A DNA stretch of 61,872 nt, counting the filler, from Candidatus Ancaeobacter aquaticus (GTDB taxonomy: Bacteria; Auribacterota; Ancaeobacteria; Ancaeobacterales; Ancaeobacteraceae): the NCBI GenBank assembly GCA_030765405.1. It is 5 parts of 5 records of this genome, joined end to end, with 100 filler letters (N's around TTAATTAATTAA, not from the genome) between each part and the next. Parts side by side here need not be neighbours in the genome. Positions count along the whole stretch, not along the records: positions 1 to 14,334 come from JAVCCP010000065.1; 4 more parts are not named here. One strand, written 5' to 3'. Below are positions 1 to 9,358 of the stretch, piece after piece. Position 1 is the stretch's first letter; every line of letters starts with the position of its first letter. Below the pieces are notes generated by a model. The model searched no databases, was not told the DNA's origin, and saw nothing but the letters and a program-made list of their open reading frames with translations. The translations under genes and the position numbers were made by a program.

Positions 1-242
1 ATTCATTGCTAAGGGCAGAAAGATAGAAAAACTGACACAATCAACCATTCAGACTATAGAAAACTGGATTAATAACTACCCACGCAAGATACTAAATTTT
101 CAATCTGCTCAACAGGGGTTTGAAAGAGAACTTCAGGAGATCGCAGCTTAAATGAAAAATGACCACTATCTACGGCATTTAACTTTACAATCCACCTTTT
201 CTTAATTAAAAATAATGCAGAATAATAAAAAATGAGTACAAT

Positions 243-2231
243 ATGTTTCATATGAAAAAGCATTTTATACAATTATCTCTTTTTTTTTTACTTGCGCTAA
301 CAACTATCGCCTTTTACCCGTCACTTAAAAACGGGTTCACGAACTGGGATGATGATAAACAGCTCACACAAAATAATACGATTACCCGGTTATCATTACC
401 TGATATCGGAACCTACTTCACTTCGTTTCATGACGGGCTCTACCATCCGCTCGTCACACTCAGCTTTGCGATCGAATATCATTTTTTCAAACTTAACCCA
501 AAACCGTACCATATAACAAACCTCATACTGCATCTTTTAAACATACTTTTTGTTTTCTGGCTGATCTATCTCTTGAGCAAAAAAGCATGGACTGCACTGA
601 TAACGGCACTCCTCTTTGCCATACACCCTCTGCATGTCGCTTCTGTTGCATGGATAGCTGAGAGAAAGGATGTTCTCTATACTTTTTTCTTTCTCGGCTC
701 GCTCATATCCTATCTCTACTACAAAGAGAGGAACACTCAAAGATACTTTATATATGCACTTATTCTCTTCATTCTCTCTCTTCTTTCAAAACCGATGGCT
801 ATAACTTTGCCGGTTATTCTTATCCTTATTGATTATTATATTGATGGGAAACTCACTAAAAAAAGTGTTACTAACACACTTTCATTTTTTGTATTAGCAC
901 TTTCATTCGGGATTATTACACTCATTGCGCGATTCACTCGCATCATTGACATCGAACCAACACTCCACTTTTTCGATAATATATTTATCGCTTCATACGG
1001 TATCCTTTTTTATCTCGTAAAAATGGTTTTTCCGTATCCGCTCTCATGCTATTACCCAACACCTGAAAAAATCGCTGGCATGCTTCCGATGATCTTCTAT
1101 ATTTCACCGTGCATAGTTGCACTTCTGGCTGTCCTTATCTTGTATTCCTTACGATATACAAAAGTGATCTTCTTCGGATTTTTGTTTTATATTATTACCA
1201 TCTCACCTGTTCTTCACCTCATTGGTGGTGGCCCTATCGTTGCAAATCACTACACCTATGTTCCTCTTATCGGTATCTTCTTTATCCTTGGCTCAGGCGC
1301 CGCCTGGTTTATAAAACAGCGTTCCGCTGTCTCAATATTTCTTATTTGTGCTCTTTCCATTATTACTATTATATTATCTTTTCTTACCTGGCAAAGAACT
1401 CAGGTATATAAAGACAGCATCACGCTCTGGGAAGATTTTTTTAAGAATTATGGTCACTGCAAAAATATCTCTATTGCATATAACAATAGAGGAAATGCAT
1501 ATCAGGATAACGGATATCTGGATAAAGCAATTGCTAATTATAATAGCGCCATTAATTTAAATCCCACCTATACCATTGCGTATAATAATCGGGGGAATAT
1601 TTATCAACTGCAGAGAAAATATAAAGAGGCGCTTGCAGACTGTAATCGCGCCATAGGTCTTAATCCCAAGCTCGCTGAGGCTTATTATAACCGCGGTAAC
1701 GCATGTATCAATCTCGGTAGCCGTAATCTTGCAATCGCTGATTATAAGAAAGCGGTCGAACTCATGCCCCAATATGCTGAAGCATGGAATAACATGGGAA
1801 ACATTTATCAGGAAGAAGGTAAACACAACCGTGCATTAGAGTGCTACACCAAAGCATTACACATAAAACCTGTTTTTCCTCAAGCGCTCTACAACCGGGG
1901 CAATTGTCTTATGTATATGCAGGATCACAAAAACGCGCTCAATGATTATTCAAAGGCCGTACAATATAATCCACGCTACTATGAAGCGTACGTTAACCGC
2001 GGTATCGCCTATTTTTCTCTCGGAAAAAATAAGGAAGCGCTACAAAACTATACGTATGCGCTCACTATCAATCCGCAATACGCTATCGGCTACATCAATC
2101 GAGCTCTTGTTTATAATATCCTTAAAAAATATGAAGATGCACACAAAGACGTTAAAAGATTTGAACAGTTGGGATACACCCCTCCACCGGATTTCATAAA
2201 AGAACTTCGTGAAAAACTCGATAACAAATAA
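243..2231 (+). CDS. Multi-TM GT-C (TMTC/protein O-mannosyltransferase-like) glycosyltransferase with C-terminal TPR array
   Basis: N-terminal 'FTNWDDDKQL', 'YHPLVTLSF', 'HPLHVASVAWIAERKDVL' and about 11 hydrophobic segments; C-terminal half is repeated 'AYNNRG' TPR units. Confidence 0.8.
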   Translation: MFHMKKHFIQLSLFFLLALTTIAFYPSLKNGFTNWDDDKQLTQNNTITRLSLPDIGTYFTSFHDGLYHPLVTLSFAIEYHFFKLNPKPYHITNLILHLLNILFVFWLIYLLSKKAWTALITALLFAIHPLHVASVAWIAERKDVLYTFFFLGSLISYLYYKERNTQRYFIYALILFILSLLSKPMAITLPVILILIDYYIDGKLTKKSVTNTLSFFVLALSFGIITLIARFTRIIDIEPTLHFFDNIFIASYGILFYLVKMVFPYPLSCYYPTPEKIAGMLPMIFYISPCIVALLAVLILYSLRYTKVIFFGFLFYIITISPVLHLIGGGPIVANHYTYVPLIGIFFILGSGAAWFIKQRSAVSIFLICALSIITIILSFLTWQRTQVYKDSITLWEDFFKNYGHCKNISIAYNNRGNAYQDNGYLDKAIANYNSAINLNPTYTIAYNNRGNIYQLQRKYKEALADCNRAIGLNPKLAEAYYNRGNACINLGSRNLAIADYKKAVELMPQYAEAWNNMGNIYQEEGKHNRALECYTKALHIKPVFPQALYNRGNCLMYMQDHKNALNDYSKAVQYNPRYYEAYVNRGIAYFSLGKNKEALQNYTYALTINPQYAIGYINRALVYNILKKYEDAHKDVKRFEQLGYTPPPDFIKELREKLDNK

Positions 2232-2245
2232 TCGGTTTTACTTCA

Positions 2246-3151
2246 TTGTCGCTAATAAAATATGCTATGATACGATTCATGAACCTTAAAAAATATTTAG
2301 AAACACGAAAAAGTATCGTCGACAAACATTTGCATACACTGATGCCGCTAAAAAGCGTCCGACCGAAACTTATTCACGAAGCAACGCGCTACGGTCTCTT
2401 TAACGGAGGCAAACGTATCCGTCCAATACTTACCTGCGCATCATGTGAAGCAGTGAGCGGCAAATACAAACAAGCGCTTGATTACGCCTGCGGGATTGAA
2501 CTTATACACACCTATTCACTTATACACGATGATCTTCCATGTATGGACAATGATGATTTTCGCCGCGGAAAGCCAACGACCCATAAAGTATATGGAGACG
2601 CCATTGCTGTACTTACCGGTGATGCACTCCTTACCAGAGCTTTCCAGATATTTGCCCGGAACCCCAAAATAGGCGGAGCACAGCTTATTGAAAAGATCGC
2701 TCACGCAGCGGGATCGCACGGACTTATCGGCGGGCAGGTTATTGATCTTGAAAGTGAAGGTAAAAGAGTTACCGCAAAAACACTTGAATATATTCACCGG
2801 CACAAGACCGGCAGCCTCATCTCAGTAGCTATTGAAGCCGGAGCACTTATCGGAAAAGCTTCAAGAAAACAATTATTCGCACTCAAAACATTTGGCGATA
2901 ATATCGGCCTCACATTCCAGATAAGCGATGATATCCTTGATATAACCGGGACAAAAGAAAAACTAGGCAAAGGTATCGGCAAAGACATTGCGCAAAAAAA
3001 AGCAACCTATCCGGCACTCTACGGAATGGAAAAAACAAAAAGACTCTTGGTAAATAAAACACAGGAAGCATTAGATGCACTCTCGACATTTGACAAGAAA
3101 GCCGACCCCCTGCGAGAAATAGCCCGCTTTATTGCCCAGAGAGATAGATAA
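2246..3151 (+). CDS. ispA: Short-chain polyprenyl (FPP/GGPP) synthase
   Basis: 'GGKRIRP', FARM 'HDDLPCMDNDDFRRG', 'KTG', SARM 'QISDDILD', 'GKD...KATYP'; start may be the ATG at 2279. Confidence 0.9.
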   Translation: MSLIKYAMIRFMNLKKYLETRKSIVDKHLHTLMPLKSVRPKLIHEATRYGLFNGGKRIRPILTCASCEAVSGKYKQALDYACGIELIHTYSLIHDDLPCMDNDDFRRGKPTTHKVYGDAIAVLTGDALLTRAFQIFARNPKIGGAQLIEKIAHAAGSHGLIGGQVIDLESEGKRVTAKTLEYIHRHKTGSLISVAIEAGALIGKASRKQLFALKTFGDNIGLTFQISDDILDITGTKEKLGKGIGKDIAQKKATYPALYGMEKTKRLLVNKTQEALDALSTFDKKADPLREIARFIAQRDR

Positions 3152-3163
3152 TTACCTAAGAAA

Positions 3164-4048
3164 TCAAGGCACTACTAATTCAACATAGTTTTTAGCAAAT
3201 CTCTCACTTATATAATCGGTTGCCCGAAATGCTATTTCCATTACTTTTTCAGATTCACTTGTTGCGTCTCTAATTATATCAATATATTTTCTTTCTTTAA
3301 TTTTTCTGAATGCCGGCAAAAAGTTCATATCATATACCCAACCCAAATTAAGAATCTTAAATTCATTAACTGTTTTTACATGTTTATAATCAACAGGTTC
3401 TTGGTTCAGAACCGAACTGTAAACAATATCGGAAATCGAATTTTCATCTGAAAATTTACGCATATGCCTGTCAGCATTCCTGCAATTATCGTTTCCCGCA
3501 TTACTATAATAATCTGTTATTATCCTGAAGATATCTAATTTATCGGCATCACGCAATAACTTCAGGAAAAACATTCCCCTGTCACTGCCATCTGTATGTA
3601 AAAACGGCAAATTATGATGCAAAACTGTATACATGATTATACCTTTTGTTACTTGATCAAATTCATCTAAAATCTTCTTCTCATTTAATACTCTAATCCC
3701 TTCATGAGCATGATTCGATGACCGTAAATCATTAAACGTATCATAATGAACTATTTGCTCAAATCTGCCAATATCATGAAAAAGGGCAATAATCTCAGCT
3801 ATTAAAAGATCCTGCTCGTTCATACCGATATCTCTTCCCAAATTTACTATTTCCTCACAAACCCTATCGGTATGATCTTTTTTAAGCTTAATGCTCATAC
3901 ACATTTCATTACTCCGTACGTCAAGAGAACAAATATAATCTTCAAACCATAATCTTAAATTCTGTGTTTTTATTTTATCCATAGTTATATTTATATACTT
4001 AATCTTTAAGATTTCAAGGTAATAAAGATATTCCATACCAGGGGTCAC
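3164..4048 (-). CDS. HD-domain phosphohydrolase
   Basis: 'KKDHT', 'ALFHDIGRFEQ', 'NHA', 'LRDADKLDI'; true start probably 3982 (MDKIK). Confidence 0.8.
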   Translation of the reverse strand: MTPGMEYLYYLEILKIKYINITMDKIKTQNLRLWFEDYICSLDVRSNEMCMSIKLKKDHTDRVCEEIVNLGRDIGMNEQDLLIAEIIALFHDIGRFEQIVHYDTFNDLRSSNHAHEGIRVLNEKKILDEFDQVTKGIIMYTVLHHNLPFLHTDGSDRGMFFLKLLRDADKLDIFRIITDYYSNAGNDNCRNADRHMRKFSDENSISDIVYSSVLNQEPVDYKHVKTVNEFKILNLGWVYDMNFLPAFRKIKERKYIDIIRDATSESEKVMEIAFRATDYISERFAKNYVELVVP

Positions 4049-4076
4049 ACCTATTTGATGAATAGGTGTGACCCCT
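4040..4076. repeat. Perfect 16-bp inverted repeat (REP-like hairpin)
   Basis: AGGGGTCACACCTATT-tgatg-AATAGGTGTGACCCCT between two minus-strand genes. Confidence 0.85.
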
Positions 4077-4080
4077 TTAT

Positions 4081-4557
4081 TTAAAGCGAATTCTTTCTTT
4101 CTGTGAGTAATTTTTTGTGCATATGCTCTTGTTCAATTATCGCTTCTATTGCCTTTTGAGCATCTTCAGGAAAACCCTCTTTCATTGTCGTATAAAATTC
4201 GATCGATTGATCTTCAAATCCAATTGCTAACTCAAGTGCTTGTGAAATATCTTTTATTTGTGCCGCCATCTCCGCACCTTTGTTTTCTTCAGTAAAAACA
4301 TAATTCCCTGCAAGACGATTCATCCCAAGGTAATAGTCTTCTGTTTGCAGTATGCCTTCTTTTTCAGTACCGCTGGCTTCCATAATATCTTCAAATGTTC
4401 TGACGTGGTTCTCTTCTGCATGAGCTAACTGCTGAAACAATTCTTTAACAGAAGCATCATCTATTTCACGTGCAAGTGTGTCATAAAAGAATTTACCGTT
4501 TCTTTCGACCTGTATCGCAAGCTGAATAATACCTTCAATTGAAAATAGTTTACTCAT
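4081..4557 (-). CDS. Ferritin-like / rubrerythrin-family protein
   Basis: Two ExxH di-iron motifs ('EENH', 'EHMH'), 'AIQVERNGKFFY' and 'AIGFEDQSIEFY'. Confidence 0.85.
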   Translation of the reverse strand: MSKLFSIEGIIQLAIQVERNGKFFYDTLAREIDDASVKELFQQLAHAEENHVRTFEDIMEASGTEKEGILQTEDYYLGMNRLAGNYVFTEENKGAEMAAQIKDISQALELAIGFEDQSIEFYTTMKEGFPEDAQKAIEAIIEQEHMHKKLLTERKNSL

Positions 4558-4683
4558 ACAACCCTCCTTTGATAGTTCTTATCACTAATCTAGTGCTATT
4601 ATAGCAGTATTGATATATTATTTCTATACACTATTAACGTAAATTAAACACTTCACGTATTCACCATAACAAAGGAGAAAACA

Positions 4684-5073
4684 ATGGTACGCATATATAT
4701 GATAGGTTTTATTCTTCTTGCTACGATGTGCACCGGGTGCGAGAACGGCCATCTAAATCTTACCGAAAAAGATACCGGGAAAACAATAACACTTTCTGTT
4801 GGACAAGATTTTACCGTTACACTGCCCGGTAATCCGACAACCGGTTATACATGGAAACTAAATGCCGCAAAAACGAACGGCGTGTCACAAGTTAAAAAAC
4901 TCAACTATATCGGGGATTCAGATTCAAAACTTGTTGGATCAGGAGGATCATTCACTTTCACATTCAAAGTTACAGCCAAAGGGAAAAACCGAATAACGCT
5001 TGAATACCTGCGACCATGGGAAAAGGGTGTTCCAGCTGCTAAGACATTTGAAATAAACATTGATGGAGTATAA
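4684..5073 (+). CDS. Chagasin-like cysteine protease inhibitor (I42), lipoprotein-like
   Basis: 'GNPTTGYTW', 'VGSGG', 'YLRPWEK' chagasin loops; N-terminal signal with Cys. Confidence 0.85.
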   Translation: MVRIYMIGFILLATMCTGCENGHLNLTEKDTGKTITLSVGQDFTVTLPGNPTTGYTWKLNAAKTNGVSQVKKLNYIGDSDSKLVGSGGSFTFTFKVTAKGKNRITLEYLRPWEKGVPAAKTFEINIDGV

Positions 5074-5077
5074 ATAT

Positions 5078-5476
5078 TTATCCCTCTATAAGGGATATCC
5101 ATACTTCACGTGAACGAGGACCATCAAACTCACAAAAATAGATTCCCTGCCAGGTACCTAAAAGCAGGCTTCTATCCTGCACGATCACTGTCTGCGAATG
5201 CCCAAGCATGCTTGATTTGATATGTGCGTGTGAATTACCCTCGAGATGACGGTACGGGCCCTTTTTCGGCACAATTCTTTCAAGGGCACCAATCATATCT
5301 GAAACAACACTTGGATCAGCGTTTTCATTTATGGTAAGACCAGCGGTTGTATGAGGAACATATATCTGACACATACCACTTTTTATTTTTGCCTCCGAGA
5401 CAATGTCACTCACCTTTTGTGTTATATCAATAAAACATGTTCCACGGGATGTTTTCACTGCTATTTTCTTTAACAT
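5078..5476 (-). CDS. yjbQ: YjbQ/UPF0047 family protein
   Basis: 'HTTAGLTINENADP', 'EGNSHAHIK', 'LGTWQGIYFCEFDGPR'. Confidence 0.9.
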   Translation of the reverse strand: MLKKIAVKTSRGTCFIDITQKVSDIVSEAKIKSGMCQIYVPHTTAGLTINENADPSVVSDMIGALERIVPKKGPYRHLEGNSHAHIKSSMLGHSQTVIVQDRSLLLGTWQGIYFCEFDGPRSREVWISLIEG

Positions 5477-6465
5477 ACTGCAGCCTCAAGGAGTGATATT
5501 CTTTTTTCGTCTACTACGTAATCGGCAAGACACGTAAGATGTGAAATATCTGTTTCTGAAGACATGTTCTCTATTGCTTTTTTAGCGCACTGGGCATATC
5601 GCTTTGCAGCGGCAAGTGACGAATCTAAACACATGTTCTCATGTAATAACTCCTTAAGTTTTGCTGATGAGCCCGTATCATCGTGAGAAAAAATCAATTC
5701 TTTCACTTGCTCATTATCTCCTGTTTTACAAACAAGCTGAATAAACGGCAAGGTGATATCCCCTCGCTTTAAATCCAAATCCAGTGGTTTTCCAGCACTC
5801 TTCTGATCACCAAAAACATCTAAAAGATCATCCATTATTTGAAATGCGAGACCGACATTTTTTCCATATTCTCGCAAACTATTTTGTGCTGTTTCAGATG
5901 CGCCGGAAAGAAGCGCGCCAACATGACATGCTGCAGCAAAAAGTGATGCGGTTTTCTTATCAATAATTTCACAGTATTCACGTTCGGTTAAATCAGCATT
6001 ATACCGATTTGAAATCTGCATCATTTCGCCTTCACACACTTTTTTTACTGCATCGGCGATTATTCCCCTGCATGAAAAGAGTGCATCCGAAGAAGCTGTA
6101 CATAGCGCGCATGACAGCATATAGTCCCCAAACATTACCGCACTTTCATTTCCGAATCGGGCATTATGAGTAGGATTATTTCTTCTGACACGCGACTGAT
6201 CAACAACATCGTCGTGAAGCAAAGTTGCCGTATGAAGCAATTCTAATGACGTAGCTACATCTATATGCTCTTGCTTAATACTGCCACATAGCTTACCTGA
6301 CAAAAAAACAAACAGTGGTCGAAGCCGTTTTCCTTTGCCTTTGGTCGCATGATTAACACAACGATCAACATAGGGAATCCCGGAAACCAAGCTTTCTTCG
6401 ATCTTTTGTTCCAGTAACGTTAATTCCGGTTGTACTAATGAATATATCTTTTTCATATCAATCAT
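5470..6465 (-). CDS. Long-chain polyprenyl diphosphate synthase (IspB/HepT-like)
   Basis: 'GKRLRP', 'LHDDVVD..RVRR', 'KKTASLF', 'FQIMDDLLD'. Confidence 0.85.
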   Translation of the reverse strand: MIDMKKIYSLVQPELTLLEQKIEESLVSGIPYVDRCVNHATKGKGKRLRPLFVFLSGKLCGSIKQEHIDVATSLELLHTATLLHDDVVDQSRVRRNNPTHNARFGNESAVMFGDYMLSCALCTASSDALFSCRGIIADAVKKVCEGEMMQISNRYNADLTEREYCEIIDKKTASLFAAACHVGALLSGASETAQNSLREYGKNVGLAFQIMDDLLDVFGDQKSAGKPLDLDLKRGDITLPFIQLVCKTGDNEQVKELIFSHDDTGSSAKLKELLHENMCLDSSLAAAKRYAQCAKKAIENMSSETDISHLTCLADYVVDEKRISLLEAAVC

Positions 6466-6497
6466 AGTTTTTTTATACTACATATACGCAAACATCG

Positions 6498-6804
6498 TCA
6501 CGATTTATTTGTAATATAGTTATGAATACCTAAAGCCGCTTTTTTCCCTTCGCCCATTGCCCAAATAACCGTTGCCGCGCCAACACCGCCTGCAATACAC
6601 ACTACCGTCCCGTATTTCCTAATTGCGGTTGGCATCCCCAAAGGACCTGAAACATCAAGGATATGATCTCCGACTTCTAATGCCCCTAGATGCATTGTAC
6701 TCTTACCCACTTCCTGGACGATGACTGCGTGCAATATCCGGCACGAGCACCTTAAAAAGATTTACTTCTTTGGTAAGTTTTTTCTTTTCGATAATCTTAA
6801 ACAT
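6498..6804 (-). pseudogene. Collapsed nfnAB/sudBA-like (electron-bifurcating transhydrogenase) remnant
   Basis: ATG 6804 gives MFKIIEKKKLTKEVNLFKVLVPDIA (NfnA-like N-terminus); a shifted frame gives IVQEVGKST..GPLG..TVVCIAGGVG (NfnA-like), fused to AATVIWAMGEGKKAA..IHNY (NfnB/GltD-like C-terminus). Confidence 0.75.
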
Positions 6805-6908
6805 TAATTCATCCGCATTTGTATTAAAGGATTTATTGCATGTTTGTATACACTATCAGATTTCTACCTTGAAAATCTAATAAATAATTCATAAAATCAA
6901 TTCAGTTT

Positions 6909-8117
6909 ATGATACTATGCAAAAAAAGGAGTTTTCATATGAAAATGCGTACAATAACAGATGGCACATATTATGTTGGGGCAGTTGATTGGGAAAGGCG
7001 GATTTTTGATTCGCTTATTCCCCTACCTGATGGCACAAGTTACAATGCATACCTCATAAAAGGATCAGAAAAGACTGTTCTCATAGACACTGTTGACCCG
7101 GCAAAAAAAGATATTCTTTTTGAACAACTCGAATCAATAGATCATATAGATTATATTATTCATCAACATGCTGAGCAGGATCATTCCGGTTCACTGCCAT
7201 TTCTTCTGGAAAAATACAAAGACGCAAAAGTGGTTACCAATCCGCGGTGTAAAGATCTGCTTATTGACCACCTGCATGTCCCGGAAGATATATTCATTTG
7301 CGTTAAAGATGGAGATACATTATCACTCGGAAACAAAACGCTTACCTTTATATATACGCCGTGGGTACACTGGCCGGAAACAATGTCTACATATCTTGCA
7401 GAAGACAAGATACTCTTTACCTGTGACTTTTTCGGCTCACATTTAGCGACAAGTGATTTATTTGTTCCCGATGAAGCGCTTGTTCTTGAAGCGGCAAAAA
7501 GATATTATGCTGAGATCATGATGCCGTTTAGAAGTGTCATACAAGCAAATCTCAAAAAACTCAGTGCATACGATATAAGCATCATTGCGCCAAGCCATGG
7601 CCCCTTATACAATAGGCCCTCATTTATCATTGATGCATACAATGACTGGGTATCATCACCGCCAAAAAATCTTGTCGTCATCCCATACATATCAATGCAT
7701 GAGAGCACTAGAATCATGGTGAAACATCTTACAACCTCACTCATTGAACGGAATGTAAGCGTACAAGAATTTGATCTTACAGTAACAGACATTGGCAAAC
7801 TCGCTATTTCACTGGTTGATGCAGGAACACTTGTTATCGGAACGCCCACGGTGCATATCGGGCCACATCCGCTTGTTGTAAACGCGGCTTTCCTCACAAA
7901 TGTCTTGCGACCAAAATTGCAACACCTGTCCGTTATAGGGTCATTTGGATGGGGAGGAAAAACACTCGAACAACTTACCGCCATGACAAGCGGCTTAAAG
8001 GCAGAGCTGCTTACCCCGGTATTATGCAAGGGGCTTCCACGAAAAGAAGATTTAGAGGCAATTGAAGCACTTGCTGAAACCATACAACAAAAACATACTG
8101 AAAAAGCTTTTACATAA
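6909..8117 (+). CDS. fprA: Flavodiiron protein (FprA/NorV family)
   Basis: 'GTSYNAYLI', 'HQHAEQDHSG', 'WVHWPET', 'IAPSHG', flavodoxin domain 'GSFGWGG'. Confidence 0.92.
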   Translation: MILCKKRSFHMKMRTITDGTYYVGAVDWERRIFDSLIPLPDGTSYNAYLIKGSEKTVLIDTVDPAKKDILFEQLESIDHIDYIIHQHAEQDHSGSLPFLLEKYKDAKVVTNPRCKDLLIDHLHVPEDIFICVKDGDTLSLGNKTLTFIYTPWVHWPETMSTYLAEDKILFTCDFFGSHLATSDLFVPDEALVLEAAKRYYAEIMMPFRSVIQANLKKLSAYDISIIAPSHGPLYNRPSFIIDAYNDWVSSPPKNLVVIPYISMHESTRIMVKHLTTSLIERNVSVQEFDLTVTDIGKLAISLVDAGTLVIGTPTVHIGPHPLVVNAAFLTNVLRPKLQHLSVIGSFGWGGKTLEQLTAMTSGLKAELLTPVLCKGLPRKEDLEAIEALAETIQQKHTEKAFT

Positions 8118-8120
8118 ACG

Positions 8121-8174
8121 CATAAAGGGGACGGTCCCGAATTTTTTGTAAAAATTGGGACTGCCCCCTTTATG
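8121..8174. terminator. Long imperfect inverted repeat between convergent genes (bidirectional terminator or REP-like)
   Basis: CATAAAGGGGACGGTCCCGAATTTTT ... AAAAATTGGGACTGCCCCCTTTATG. Confidence 0.7.
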
Positions 8175-8180
8175 TTTTCT

Positions 8181-9344
8181 CTAAGCAAAAAGTGATTGCA
8201 CCTTTTTCATGTTTTTACCGATATCAATGCCATACTCGCACCGTGCAACACATTCGCTACATGTAAGACATTTCGCGCTATGCTGCGCACCATTATAAAG
8301 ATCATAGTTTTCTCGTGCAAGCCGCAGATCACCGTATCCTTCTTTATACATAAGCACTCTGTTTAAAGTCGGTATATCAGTATTATTTTTACAGCTTGCG
8401 ACACATTTTCCGCACCGTCGGCAATATGTCCCTTCAATAGATTTTGCATATTTATTGAGTATTTTCCGGTCTGACCACCCAAGCATGGTTCCCATTACCA
8501 CAAAATCTTCGTCTAACTGTTCGTAGCTGATCATACTTGGAATCGCATTTGATACGTTCTTATCATCAAGCACCCAACGAAGCGACGCCTGATGCGGTGT
8601 CATGTTACCAATAGCTTTAGTCTCGTACCCGCCGTTTTGTGTTTTCATCGCAACAACACCCAGTCCTGCCTTATGACAACGAGCTATTGCTTCCGCAACA
8701 TTATGCGGACTCATGAAATTATATGAGACCAAAACCATATCATAAAAAGCACTCTTCACAGCGGCATCCAATACGATCGTTTCATTTGCATGTGTGGTAA
8801 CACCCGTAAACCTGATCTTTCCGGCTTTTTTACACTTTTCCAGAGCCTCTATTGCAACAGAGTCAAGAACACCTGCCGCATCCGTTTTATTGTGTAACTG
8901 CATAACGTCAATATAATCTGTTTGGAGACTTTTAAGACTTGCATCAATCGATGCAGTCATTGACTCCACGCTATGGTTTCCGTCATTATGCACTTTTGTC
9001 GCAATTATGACTTTGTCACGTACACCTTTTAAGGCTTTGCCCAATATTTTTTCATTATTGCCGCCCATATAACAATGTGCGGTATCATAATAATTTATCC
9101 CCATATCAACGGCTTTACGAATAACATTCGGCTCGGATGTCCTCATTACACCAAAACTAATTGTCGTTACATTGAGACCTGTTTTTCCAAAGGGCCGATA
9201 TTCGATCCTACCCTCGGTAGCTTTATTTTTGGCAAATAATTTCTGTGGAAGCATCAAGTGTTTTACTCCTGACATGAGGAGCCCGGCACCGAGAGCACCT
9301 AATGATGTCTTTTTAACAAAATCTCTGCGAGAGATTTGAGACAT
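8181..9344 (-). CDS. Tat-exported aldo/keto reductase with C-terminal 4Fe-4S dicluster
   Basis: 'SRRDFVK' twin-arginine signal; 'YYDTAHCY', 'IIATKV', 'SLKSLQTDYID'; CxxCxxC and 'CLTCSECVARC'. Confidence 0.85.
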   Translation of the reverse strand: MSQISRRDFVKKTSLGALGAGLLMSGVKHLMLPQKLFAKNKATEGRIEYRPFGKTGLNVTTISFGVMRTSEPNVIRKAVDMGINYYDTAHCYMGGNNEKILGKALKGVRDKVIIATKVHNDGNHSVESMTASIDASLKSLQTDYIDVMQLHNKTDAAGVLDSVAIEALEKCKKAGKIRFTGVTTHANETIVLDAAVKSAFYDMVLVSYNFMSPHNVAEAIARCHKAGLGVVAMKTQNGGYETKAIGNMTPHQASLRWVLDDKNVSNAIPSMISYEQLDEDFVVMGTMLGWSDRKILNKYAKSIEGTYCRRCGKCVASCKNNTDIPTLNRVLMYKEGYGDLRLARENYDLYNGAQHSAKCLTCSECVARCEYGIDIGKNMKKVQSLFA

Positions 9345-9358
9345 ACTTTCCTCCTTTA

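Noticed and set aside
7505..8188. 227-aa minus-strand ORF, and similar shadows at 11918-12604, 21315-21758, 21912-22409 and 13507-13899
   Set aside because: Antisense to well-supported genes, no recognisable motifs or SD.
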